This document shows positions 18,435 through 28,405 of a stretch of 64,000 nt of DNA, in pieces; positions within the stretch are counted from its first letter, which is position 1; every line of letters starts with the position of its first letter. The stretch covers positions 32,001-96,000 of the forward strand of contig CAWJKT010000001.1 of NCBI GenBank assembly GCA_963843375.1, in the 5' to 3' direction. The translations under genes were made by a program, and so were the position numbers. The notes under the pieces were generated by a model. That model searched no databases and was not told the DNA's origin. It saw nothing but the letters and a program-made list of their open reading frames with translations. This DNA is from an uncultured Pseudomonadota bacterium (GTDB lineage Bacteria; Oederibacteriota; Muellerivitia; Muellerivitales; Muellerivitaceae).

Positions 18435-21114
18435 AACGAACATCCGATGGGGTGATGCCCTTATGTCCAAGGATTTCGGATAAAGGCTTGTCTTTCTTGA
18501 CCTCTAAAAGATAGTGATACAACTCCTTATCATCCGGGGTCAGGAAACGGGAAGGATCGGGGAGCTGATAGGGCCGGTCATCCGATTTGTCCGTGAAGAT
18601 GGAAAAAAGAGGGGCGGCTAGGCCGTCGTTCATGTTCAAGGGGTCCAAACCCAGGATCAGCTCCATCGTCCTCAAGAGGCCCAACTGGTCATAAAGGTCG
18701 CTGACCACTGTTCGGCGTTTCACGTAAGGGCCCGCGCAAAGGGCGAAACTTCGCATGGCATCCACATGGTCGGGCCCGTTTTGCGAATCATCCTCGATGC
18801 AAACCACCAGGCTTTCCTTCCAGATGGGGCTCTTCGACAAGGTATCCAAAATCGCCCCTACCGCCGCGTCGTTCTGGGCCACTAATTGGTTGGGATTCAA
18901 GGATTTGGGGTCCATTCCCGCTGTATGGTCGTTGGGAAGCCAGATGTACTGTAAGGAAAAAACCCGGCCGCTTTCGACCTGGCGGTTGAAATCATCCTGC
19001 CAAACCGCCACCCGTTTCAAGTCGGAATAGGCTAGGTCCCACCCCAAAAAATTGAAGGAGCAGTGGTAGAGAAAATTCGCCCATTGGGACTTGAAAGCCG
19101 GATACGCTTCGATGGCCTGCCCCAAGCTTTTGTCCCCGCTGTAAAAGGCGGAGAATTTCTGGAGGAAATCCGGATCATCCAAAAGCTTGAAGCAATCGTC
19201 CCTAGTGGAATTCCTTCCCTTATAACCTTTCATCATGTCCTGGAACGCCGTATCCCTGACTTTGTCCTTGGATAATTCCATGAACCGGTCGTAGCACTTG
19301 CGAGCCAGAGGACTGTCCTCGCCGAATTTGTCAGTAAGGAGCCGGTATGGTTTGCAGAAAAAGTAATAGTCCTCACCGTAAATACGGTAATCTACCGACT
19401 TGGCATCCATGGCGTCCCAAAGGTAACTGGGGGAAAAGGTGAAAGGAACCGTGCCAAATGGCCAGAAATCCTCGTTCTTCCGGGAGTTCTTGGCGTCCCG
19501 GGCGCCTAGCCTTCCGGAATAATCATCCATGCCAAGCCATTCCAGGAAGGGGCTGGCATAGCCGCTGGTGGTGTAGCTGTGGCCCAGGACGCTGATTTCC
19601 CCATCCACGTAGAAATTGTCCAGATTGACGAAATCCTCGGCTAGGCGGTGGTGGTTGGGGGTCACCTCATTGCCGAAGAGGCAAAGGTTCTTATCCGCGT
19701 TGCCGCTTCTCATATCTCCCAGCACCTGGTCGTAAGTGCGGTTTTCTTTAACTATATAAAATATATATTTTATCGGCAGTTTGATTCCTTGCGCGGGGTC
19801 ATAAATGGGTGAGGCGCTGGTGACCGTCTGGGTCCAATCCGAAAGGTTCGAGTCCAAATCTTCCAAGGGAATAGTTCCCAAGGCGCCCTTGAGCAGGGTG
19901 AGCACGTAACCGGGTTCCTCGCGTTTTTTGGTGGGCTGGGGGCCGTTGGGATTGGGCCGGCGCTCGTGAATGCCTTTGGCGCTGAGGGTATAAATGTTAT
20001 TTTCGTCACCCGTGACGCAGGTGGGATACCAGCCGGTAGGAATATAACTTTCCACTTTGCCATTTTTCGTGTCCATGACCGCTACGGCGTTGTAGCGGGA
20101 GAGGGTGACATAAAGCCGGCCGTCTTTCACGAAACCGGAGGTAGGGGCGGCACCGAATTTAAAAGCGCCCTGGCGCAAATTCCAAGTGCCTGTTTTTTTT
20201 AGAGTCAGGGTGTTGATGACGGAGATCTCGTCCGAATTCTGGTTCATGACGTAAAGCCTGTGTCGGGCCGGGTCCGCCGCGAAAGCGGTGGGGTTGGTTC
20301 CCGCCCGGAGGGTGGCCAGGAGGGACAAACGGCCCGCTTTCAACGCGTAAGCCGCTACTTGGTTATCCTGAAGAAGACTGACCCATAACTTCCCATCCTG
20401 ATACTCCAAGGCGTATGGCATCCGGCCACAGTCCAACTCATCCTTTACTTCGCCTGTTTCCGTATTGAGCAGGGCCAGGCGGCCCCGGGTCTTGTAACCT
20501 CCCTTGCTGTCGTCCAAGAGAAGATAAGCCACCGCTAAGGTTTTTTTGTCCAGGGGGATAAGGCCGGCGGTGAAACCGTTGACGGTGAAATCCTTTTTTT
20601 CCTCGAAATTCCTGTCATAGCCCCGGATGGTCTGGTCATAACCGCCGCTCACGTATAGGTGGCCGTCCGGACTGACCCGGGCGCAGGGAAAGAGGGAAGG
20701 GGTGGTAAAAGTTTTCAACAACTTGTCGCCGTTCCCGCTTACAACCGATATTTCCGGGTTTGTCTCCACATAATATCCGTTGTTCAAGACCACCAGGTTT
20801 CCCGCAAATGGGGTAATAACCATTGGATACCGGCCCAATTCCAATTGTTTTCCAGCGGGGGCCATCCGCCAGCCGTTGGGGAGAGTGACTTCGGTTGGGA
20901 CGGTATTACGGGATTCCTCGTGCTTCACCTCAAGGTTTTTTTGAACAACTTCATAGGAGGTGTTTTTGGCGAACCGCCAGATTTCGGCGTTCAGCTTTTG
21001 TTCCTGGCCGGGGACATCCAAGCCAGGTGTATCGTCGTCATCCAGGGCTTGGGCGGGAAGACAGGCCCCCAGGAAGCCTATTAAAAAAACGAAAATAAAG
21101 TGGGAATAAATCAT
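18433..21114 (-). CDS. Secreted YncE/YVTN beta-propeller plus alkaline-phosphatase-superfamily (phosphoesterase/PLC-like) protein
   Basis: IPTGWYP, IVKENRTYDQVLGD, TPNHHRLA..F..LDNFY, WLPNDHT, EDDSQNGPDHVD. Confidence 0.9.
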   Translation of the reverse strand: MIYSHFIFVFLIGFLGACLPAQALDDDDTPGLDVPGQEQKLNAEIWRFAKNTSYEVVQKNLEVKHEESRNTVPTEVTLPNGWRMAPAGKQLELGRYPMVITPFAGNLVVLNNGYYVETNPEISVVSGNGDKLLKTFTTPSLFPCARVSPDGHLYVSGGYDQTIRGYDRNFEEKKDFTVNGFTAGLIPLDKKTLAVAYLLLDDSKGGYKTRGRLALLNTETGEVKDELDCGRMPYALEYQDGKLWVSLLQDNQVAAYALKAGRLSLLATLRAGTNPTAFAADPARHRLYVMNQNSDEISVINTLTLKKTGTWNLRQGAFKFGAAPTSGFVKDGRLYVTLSRYNAVAVMDTKNGKVESYIPTGWYPTCVTGDENNIYTLSAKGIHERRPNPNGPQPTKKREEPGYVLTLLKGALGTIPLEDLDSNLSDWTQTVTSASPIYDPAQGIKLPIKYIFYIVKENRTYDQVLGDMRSGNADKNLCLFGNEVTPNHHRLAEDFVNLDNFYVDGEISVLGHSYTTSGYASPFLEWLGMDDYSGRLGARDAKNSRKNEDFWPFGTVPFTFSPSYLWDAMDAKSVDYRIYGEDYYFFCKPYRLLTDKFGEDSPLARKCYDRFMELSKDKVRDTAFQDMMKGYKGRNSTRDDCFKLLDDPDFLQKFSAFYSGDKSLGQAIEAYPAFKSQWANFLYHCSFNFLGWDLAYSDLKRVAVWQDDFNRQVESGRVFSLQYIWLPNDHTAGMDPKSLNPNQLVAQNDAAVGAILDTLSKSPIWKESLVVCIEDDSQNGPDHVDAMRSFALCAGPYVKRRTVVSDLYDQLGLLRTMELILGLDPLNMNDGLAAPLFSIFTDKSDDRPYQLPDPSRFLTPDDKELYHYLLEVKKDKPLSEILGHKGITPSDVR

Positions 21115-21306
21115 TCCAAACCACCTTTTGCCGGTTTTAGGGAATCTATATAAAATGTATTTTCATTTTAAAAAGCCACAGTGGCGATAGAAAACTTGTT
21201 AATTACAAGTGAATTTATTCCCTTAAAACTAAGTCGAATAAACCCGAATTATCGTCTAAAGTAACGAGACCTCAAACGACGAAGTCCTCTTTTTGAAAGG
21301 TGTCTT

Positions 21307-22563
21307 ATGAAATCGATATTAAAATTATTATTGGGGATGATGTTTCTGTTTAACTTCCCGGTTTTCGCCCAAGACCGGCCGAATGATATGTCTAGGCCTG
21401 TGGAAAGACCGGCGCCTTCCCGTCCTGCGCCAGCGCCTCCAGCCCGTATCGAAGCCGCCCCCCCGAAAAACGAAGCCAATGCACCTCCGCCAGTCCAAAT
21501 CGACTTGAGCCACTCCACGTACCACAATAACGTCGGAAACCCGGACCCCAACCGAACAACCCGTTGGAACGCTTCAAATCAAAATCCCGCTCCTGTTATC
21601 GAGCGGCCCGGGGGTGGGTCCGGCCTTCCCCTCCCGCTCACGCGCACGGTTCAACCCTTGAGCCGTTCCCGCTTCGTTTCCGTCCAGCCCAAGGGAAGCA
21701 ATGTGGCCCATCACCACCATCCCTTTACGCAAGGCTACGTGCGCAAGAAACTCCAAAAGCTCGGAGTGAGCGTCCTCCCCCATTACATTACCGATCGCCG
21801 AAACATGTTGGATGCGGACAATCTGCATTCCGTCATCCGTCTGCCCCAGAAAGGCCCCGACCACCAGCCACTTAGCGCGATTGCGCTTACCCGCAAAGAC
21901 CTCGGAAATTCGATGGTGACAGCCCAAATGGCCTACCTCAGCAGCGGTGCGCTCCAGGACTCATTGACCCAGGCAAGCACCGCGGAAACCCGAGCCGGTC
22001 ATTATTACTGGCATACCGGCGACAGTTTCAATTACTGCCATTACGTCGATAGTTGGGGCTACCATTGGTACGGCTGGTACGCGGGGGACAATTGCTTCTG
22101 GACCCGCTATTACTCCGACCGCTGGTGGTTCTATGACGATAATCTGGACCGTTGGTGTTTCTGGGACAGCGGCTATTGGTGGTGGCAGGATCCCGACCAC
22201 GTTGGCGACCTTTATCTCTACGATTACAACTCGGACCAATATATTCCCTGCGATTCGTCCGAGGACGCGGTGGTGACGACGGTCCAGCCGGGAACCGCGA
22301 CCATTTACTCCAGCCCGGATGGAACCCGGACGGTCAAAATCATGGGAGGAGGAGACTGCTTTTTGTTTGATACCGCCATTCCACCCTCTTTCAATCCCAT
22401 CTATCTGGCGTCGCAGGTGACGAATGTTCAATTCTCGGACAACAGCGACGGAAGCCCGCTTCAAATCATGCTGACCTTGAGCGATGGGTCCTCGGACATT
22501 TTCGACGACCAGGGCAACCCCCTGAATTACAGCGACGACAATGCCCCGGTTCCACAGAACTAG
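21307..22563 (+). CDS. Secreted hypothetical protein with Pro-rich N-terminus and Trp/Tyr/Asp-rich segment
   Basis: Signal peptide AQD; YYWH...HWYGWY...FWTRYYSDRWWFYD...WCFWDSGYWWWQD. Confidence 0.8.
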   Translation: MKSILKLLLGMMFLFNFPVFAQDRPNDMSRPVERPAPSRPAPAPPARIEAAPPKNEANAPPPVQIDLSHSTYHNNVGNPDPNRTTRWNASNQNPAPVIERPGGGSGLPLPLTRTVQPLSRSRFVSVQPKGSNVAHHHHPFTQGYVRKKLQKLGVSVLPHYITDRRNMLDADNLHSVIRLPQKGPDHQPLSAIALTRKDLGNSMVTAQMAYLSSGALQDSLTQASTAETRAGHYYWHTGDSFNYCHYVDSWGYHWYGWYAGDNCFWTRYYSDRWWFYDDNLDRWCFWDSGYWWWQDPDHVGDLYLYDYNSDQYIPCDSSEDAVVTTVQPGTATIYSSPDGTRTVKIMGGGDCFLFDTAIPPSFNPIYLASQVTNVQFSDNSDGSPLQIMLTLSDGSSDIFDDQGNPLNYSDDNAPVPQN

Positions 22564-22685
22564 GCCGGTCGGCGCGGCGCGTTGGTTCCAACTCCGGGGG
22601 GGCGCGAGTGCTTGAGTTGAATTCGAAAGATAAACCAGTGACTTGAACACTGGCGTATTGGCCGTTTTTCGATTTTAATAGGGCC

Positions 22686-23258
22686 ATGAAGCATATTTTC
22701 AAAGCTATTTTTTTTATTCTCTTCGGCCTATCGGCCCCTAGATTGGTTTTTTCTGATCCTTCTTCAGCTTTTTTCCCAGAAGGCGTTCCCATCGAATCCA
22801 AGGTGGACTTAGGCCTTTTCGGGCTTATCGGCGGTGGCATGAAATATACTATCGACGGCAGATCTATTGACCGCTATGAGGATTTCCAAAGTCTCATTTA
22901 TCCATTGCATGACACGGAAGCCTCCGATTTGCTCCGCGAGGCGCAGGCCGCCCATTTCGTGGCCTTGATGTTCTTCGTTTCGGGGGTGGGTGCCGGCGTA
23001 GACTTTGCCTTGGTATTTAAGCCCGATCCTTTCCTTGGAGTGAATTGGTTTGACCGGATCGCTACGGGATTCGTGGCCGCCCAATTTTTTTGGGGTGTTG
23101 GCGCACTTTTCGATGGCGATGCAGCAGGCCGAAAGTTCAACGCCGTCCAGCGTTACAACCATCTTTTGAAGGAAAAAGAGGATGCCTTTCTGGGCTTCAC
23201 TCCCCAAGTTTGCCTTGTCGGTCAAGGCTTAGGCCTGGATATAAACCGGCCTTTTTAA
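22686..23258 (+). CDS. Hypothetical exported/membrane protein
   Basis: Signal peptide, two hydrophobic segments, C-terminal Phe. Confidence 0.7.
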   Translation: MKHIFKAIFFILFGLSAPRLVFSDPSSAFFPEGVPIESKVDLGLFGLIGGGMKYTIDGRSIDRYEDFQSLIYPLHDTEASDLLREAQAAHFVALMFFVSGVGAGVDFALVFKPDPFLGVNWFDRIATGFVAAQFFWGVGALFDGDAAGRKFNAVQRYNHLLKEKEDAFLGFTPQVCLVGQGLGLDINRPF

Positions 23259-23261
23259 TCC

Positions 23262-24746
23262 ATGACCATTCCTGGAACGAAAATCCGCAAAACCCAAAGA
23301 CTCTTCCTGGCAGTTTTAATTCCGTCCGTACTCTTTTTTTCCACCTGTTGGGGGAATTGGGCGGGGACATGGGAAGGAACCATGGGAACGGGCTCAAACC
23401 GGTTCCGGGTGGCCTTTGTGTTCGGTCAAAGTCTGGGGGAATACCACAATATCGATGATGGAATCCATGGCGAACCTTTGACAGTTGTTTCCAGAAAAGA
23501 GAATTTCCTGCGGGCTCAAACGACGGGCGGCGGATCCTTGGAATTGAATCAGGATCCCTCGGGACGCTTTCTCACGGGGTCTTTTTATCAAGGCCCTGGA
23601 AAGGATTCCCAATTAAGCCTTGTGGGGGAAGGGAAAACCTATCCGGTCACCCTGTACAGAGGCAAGGATTTTCTTAACCCCCGACTCAGGCCTTCCGGCG
23701 AAGAAGAAAGAAATTACAGCTATGACCCGCCGAAAGAACTTTCGGATGGGTGGGAGGCGGGGGACTTAAGACAAACTAACGCGGATCTTCCTCGGATTGA
23801 GGAAATCGTAGTGAAGATCCTGGATCAGGAATTTCCCTATATCCATAGTCTGGTCCTGGTGAAGGACGGCAAACTGGTGTTAGATGAGTATTTCTACGGT
23901 TATACCCCGGTTGACGGCCATCCGGTCCAGTCCATTACGAAACCAGTATTTTCCCTTCTTTTTGGAATTGCGGAGGCTCAAGGACTCTGCCGTGCCTCCC
24001 AAAAACTTTATGATTTTTTCCCCTCCTACCGCTCCCGGTTGGGATGGGACTCCCGCAAAGACCGAATCAGCCTGGAGAATCTTCTCACCATGACATCGGG
24101 CTTGGGTTGTGATGATTCCAGGGATTCGAAGGACTGTTCCTGGTCCATGGTCGCCTCTCCCGATTGGCTGGATTTCTCCCTTTCCCTTCCCTTCAGTGAG
24201 CTTCCCGGTTCCCACTTCGCATATTGCGGCGCATGCCTCACCCCTTTGGCGGCCCTGCTGGAAAAACAAAGCGGATTAAAATTGATGGATTATGCCCAAA
24301 AGTTCCTCTTTGATCCAATGGGGATAAAAGTCCCTCCTTGGTGGGAAGGTCCCCAAGGCATCCATTCCCCTGCGTTTGGGTTGGTCTTGACTCCTCGTGA
24401 CATGGCGAAGATCGGAGTTTTGGTTTTGAAAAATGGAAATTGGAGGGGCCGGCAGGTGGTTCCGGAAAAGTGGATCCGGGAGTCCACGGCACCCCAGGTT
24501 TTGAGTCCTCAGACCGACAAAAAATCGGACTACGGGTACTTATGGTGGGAAAGAGACGCCGATTGGCATGGGAAAAAGCTGCGAGTCCTGGACGCCTGGG
24601 GCGTGGGCGGCCAGCATATTTTTATCGTTCCGGAAATGGATTTGGTTTGTGTTTTAACCGGAGGAAACTATAAGGATGGGGTAGCGGCCAACCATTCTTT
24701 TTTGATATTTAATGAAGTGATGAAGTCTTTTAAGCCCGGCTCTTAA
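23262..24746 (+). CDS. Serine hydrolase, beta-lactamase-related (AmpC/NylB-like)
   Basis: SITK (SxxK), LLTMTSGL, FAY, PRDMAKIG, YGYLWW, GVGGQ. Confidence 0.9.
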   Translation: MTIPGTKIRKTQRLFLAVLIPSVLFFSTCWGNWAGTWEGTMGTGSNRFRVAFVFGQSLGEYHNIDDGIHGEPLTVVSRKENFLRAQTTGGGSLELNQDPSGRFLTGSFYQGPGKDSQLSLVGEGKTYPVTLYRGKDFLNPRLRPSGEEERNYSYDPPKELSDGWEAGDLRQTNADLPRIEEIVVKILDQEFPYIHSLVLVKDGKLVLDEYFYGYTPVDGHPVQSITKPVFSLLFGIAEAQGLCRASQKLYDFFPSYRSRLGWDSRKDRISLENLLTMTSGLGCDDSRDSKDCSWSMVASPDWLDFSLSLPFSELPGSHFAYCGACLTPLAALLEKQSGLKLMDYAQKFLFDPMGIKVPPWWEGPQGIHSPAFGLVLTPRDMAKIGVLVLKNGNWRGRQVVPEKWIRESTAPQVLSPQTDKKSDYGYLWWERDADWHGKKLRVLDAWGVGGQHIFIVPEMDLVCVLTGGNYKDGVAANHSFLIFNEVMKSFKPGS

Positions 24747-24786
24747 AAGAAATTCTGCTTCGGGGGAAATAAGGCATAATTACTTT

Positions 24787-26876
24787 ATGACAAACCCTGC
24801 CAAAACGACAAAGCTCCAAACTTTTCTCTATTCCGCGTTTATTGTTTGGATCCTTTTGGTTTTAAACCATTATTTTTCCTGGGGTTCCGTTTCGGATTTT
24901 TCATTTGTTTCAACGGCTTTTTCGGATTTTAACCAGGCGAGCCTACCCAAGATGGCGGCCAATGGGTTCCACTTCCTCAAGACGCTTTTGATTGCTCTTT
25001 GGACCGCGTTACTTCTTTGGCGCGCAGGACGAAGGCTGGGGAGGTGGTTGGGATTGGAAGTCATCCATGATCCTCTCCGATTTTGCCTGGAAATGGCTCT
25101 GGGAATTCTCCTGTTAAATGCCTTATGGCTTGGTTTGGGTCTTAATGGCCTTTGGTGGTCCCCGCTATTGGGTTTACTGGCTTTGACCCTTTTAGGATTC
25201 GCCCTTTGGGATTTTTTTGACGATTTTATGAAGATCCAGAAATTCCCGCGGTTGCGGCTACCCGGATGGCTTTATTTAACTTTGGGCGGTTTGGGAGCGA
25301 GTTTTTTTATCCTGGCGTTGTTTCAAGGAGAGGTTCCTGACGTCTACTTCGACGCCCTGGTTTACCACCTAACCACGCTTGAGTTTTGGAAGAACCACCA
25401 TGGAATCGCCGATTTTTATACCAATCTCTATTCCTATTATCCTTTCGGGGGTGAGCTTTACTTTTTAAATGGATATTTCTTCGGGGGAAGCGAAGCAGCC
25501 AAGGTTTTGAACAGCTTTGCCGCCGGCTTTTGTGGTCTGGCCGCCGGCGGTTGGGTGATGGAGGAGGCGAATCTGGAATGTGGTTGGCTCACGGGAGCCA
25601 TGGTTTTATCCATCCCCCTGGTTTCAGCCGCCGTTTGGACAACGCAGAACGACGTAGTATTGGCTTTCTTTTTAATCCTTTTCTTTTACGCCCTAGCCCG
25701 GTGGGCCAGGGAAAAAAATTCGCTAGCTTGGGCGATAGCGGCAGGGCTCCTAGGTGGGGCCGCGCTTACGGTTAAATACACCGCGATTATGGGGATTGCC
25801 GTGGGGTGCGTGACGTCCTTATTTTTTTTCGAGGGTCTTTTGAAAAGTCAAAAAAGAGGGGAATGGTTATGGATCTTAACCCTTGGGACCCTTTCCTTCG
25901 CGCCTTGGTTTTTAAAAAACACCGTCTATACGGGTAACGCCTTTTATCCCTATTTATCCTCTTTTTTAGGTGGCCGACCATTTCCCGTCGAAAACATGGG
26001 TTCTTTAATGGGAGACCATGAAGCCGTTTTGAATGGGAATTTCTCTTTAGGATCCTGGCTTTTCCAAGTGCTGTCTAAAGATTTAGATAAAACCATCGCC
26101 CCTTTGTTTTTCGGTTTCATTCCCTTTCTGTTTTTGAAGAGCGACCGCAAACCTGCGACCCGGTTTTTATTGGCTCTCAGCGGTTTATGGCTGGTGCTGG
26201 GTTTTCTCGTCTCCCATCAATTAAGGCTGATGATTCCAGTGTTCGTGACGGCCCTGACCGCTTTGGGTTTGGTTTTAGGGGAGATCAAAAAAGACAAACT
26301 GGTTTCGATCGGTGCATGGGCCGCTTTTATCTTTGGCTTGGTCAGTTTTTTTTCCCTCTGCCGGCTGCAGCGTCGAATTATTACCACAGCCAGAAGGTTT
26401 GGCTGGGAGAAGAAACGCGTTCGGAATACCTCAGCCAAGCCCCGCAAACTTCTTCCTATTACGGCCTCGCCCAATTGACCGGAAAACTTTTGCCGGAAGA
26501 AGCCCAAGTGTTGGTCGTTGGGGACGCCCGTGGCCTTTATTATCCACGGCCTTTCTACACCAACAGTGTTTTTGACGAACAGGTTTTGTTCAAGCTGGCG
26601 AGGGAAGAAAAGGATAATGATGACATTGGAAAAAGACTGCGCGAAATGGGGATTGACGCCCTGGTGGTATCCGCAGAGGAAGGGAAACGACTTTATGGGC
26701 AAGGCGCTATTGTACTTTCGCCAAAAGATTGGCAAAAACTAGATCTCTTTATTCAGCGTTGGACCGATCCACTGGTCTTGAAAAACGGGAGCGGAATCTA
26801 TCTTTTGCGGTCCCAACCCGCAATCAGGCGGGTGCCAATGCCCGATCTTCTGGGCTTTTTCAAAGCCGGAACCTGA
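24787..26876 (+). CDS. Polytopic GT-C (ArnT/PMT, GT39-like) glycosyltransferase; apparent frameshift near 26370
   Basis: Many TMs, FDALVYHL, YP, VKYT, PWFLKN.VYTGN.FYPYL; C-terminal domain (YYHSQKVW...VLVVGDARGLYYPR) continues in another frame to 26876. Confidence 0.75.
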
Positions 26877-26954
26877 TTCTTTTATCGTCCTTGGATAAGG
26901 TTTTCTAGATTATCATAAGGGCCGATTCTTGAGGCGATCACTGGGAGGGACTGG

Positions 26955-28301
26955 GTGGCTATTCCTTTGGTAGCGATCATTTTAGCGGCGGGGGACAGCA
27001 CCCGCATGAATTCTGAAACACCCAAAGTGCTTCACCCCATCGCGGGCCAGCCCATGATCGAGTATTCCCTCCAGAACGCCGAGACCCTGAACCCTTCCCG
27101 GATTTACGCGGTAGTGGGGTCCCCCGAAGTCGCCGATTTTCTTGGCAAAAGAGCCATTGCGGTTATTCAAAAGAAAAAGCTCGGAACCGGGCATGCGGTG
27201 GAACAAGTCATGCCTTTTTTAAAATCCTTCAAGGGCCATATCCTCATCCATTACGCCGATGCCTGCCTGGTACGTCCTCAGACCGTCTTGGCCTTGAGAC
27301 AATTCCATCTCCTCCAAGGAGCCGAAGCCACCCTTTTAAGCGCCCGGGTGGAGGATCCCTTTGGTTATGGCCGTATCGTCCGGGGAGCCAAAGGTGAGGT
27401 CCAAAAAGTCGTGGAAGAAATTGAGACCACCGAGGAGGAAAGGCGATTGAACGAGATTAACGGGGGCGTTTACCTCTTTAAGTCCCAGGTCTTGGGTCCA
27501 GCGCTTAAAAACCTTAAACCCAAAAGCGGAAACAAGGAATTTTACCTGCCCGACGCCATCCCCCAAGTCTTAAGCCAAGGTGGAAAGGTCCATGCCTTGA
27601 TGGTTCCCGACAGGTCCGAAGTTATTGGTGTCAATAACCGGCGCCAGTTAACATTGGCCCACCGGCTTTGGAATGTCCGCCGAGTCGAGGAACACCAACA
27701 TAATGGCGTCACCTTTTTGAATCCCGAAACGGTGGAGGTAGGGCCGAAAGTAAAAATCGGTAAGGATACCGTGATCGAAGGGAACGTCCATCTGTTGGGC
27801 CCCACAATTTTGGGTGAAGACTGCAAGGTGGAATCGGGGAGCGTTATTCAATCCTCCCAATTGGGCGCGGGAATCATGGTGCGTTCTTCCAGAATTATGG
27901 ATAGCGACCTGGGGGATGGCTGCGACGCAGGGCCTTTTGCTCATATCCGGGGCGGCAGTGTCTTGGACAAATACGTGCATGTGGGAACCGATGCGGAGAT
28001 CAAAAACGCCCGCATTGGCAGTGAAAGCAAAGTGGGTCATTTTTCTTATATCGGGGACGCTCGACTCGGCAAAGAAGTGAATGTGGGTGCCGGTTGTGTT
28101 TTTGCCAATTACGACGGCAAGAACAAGCATGAATGCCAAGTGGGGGATAAGGTTTTTCTCGGAAGCAATTCCACCCTCGTGGCGCCCGTCAAAATCGGAG
28201 CGAAGGCGGTTATCGGAGCCGGATCAGTTGTCACCCAGGATGTCCCCGGAGGAATGACGGTTGTGGGTGTACCGGCCCGTCCTTTTAAACGTAAAAAATA
28301 A
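26955..28301 (+). CDS. glmU: Bifunctional UDP-GlcNAc pyrophosphorylase/glucosamine-1-P acetyltransferase
   Basis: LAAGDSTRM.S..PKVLH, LGTGHA, GYGRIVR, EFYLPD, hexapeptide repeats, NYDGKNK. Confidence 0.97.
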   Translation: MAIPLVAIILAAGDSTRMNSETPKVLHPIAGQPMIEYSLQNAETLNPSRIYAVVGSPEVADFLGKRAIAVIQKKKLGTGHAVEQVMPFLKSFKGHILIHYADACLVRPQTVLALRQFHLLQGAEATLLSARVEDPFGYGRIVRGAKGEVQKVVEEIETTEEERRLNEINGGVYLFKSQVLGPALKNLKPKSGNKEFYLPDAIPQVLSQGGKVHALMVPDRSEVIGVNNRRQLTLAHRLWNVRRVEEHQHNGVTFLNPETVEVGPKVKIGKDTVIEGNVHLLGPTILGEDCKVESGSVIQSSQLGAGIMVRSSRIMDSDLGDGCDAGPFAHIRGGSVLDKYVHVGTDAEIKNARIGSESKVGHFSYIGDARLGKEVNVGAGCVFANYDGKNKHECQVGDKVFLGSNSTLVAPVKIGAKAVIGAGSVVTQDVPGGMTVVGVPARPFKRKK

Positions 28302-28405
28302 AAAATTCCGGCTTTTTTGGGCTTTGTCTTTCACTCAGTGTCTTTTATGATTGGGCCTTCCCACGACGCCTTTCTTCGCCTCGGAAACATTTTTAAGGAG
28401 TTTTC

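Noticed and set aside
5530..27000. Duplicated tRNA-Gln 3' end (second att site)
   Set aside because: No copy of the tRNA 3' end found by eye; the boundary cannot be claimed
26980..27010. GlmU motif AAGDSTRM deviating from AAGKGTRM
   Set aside because: All other catalytic motifs are intact; likely ordinary lineage variation
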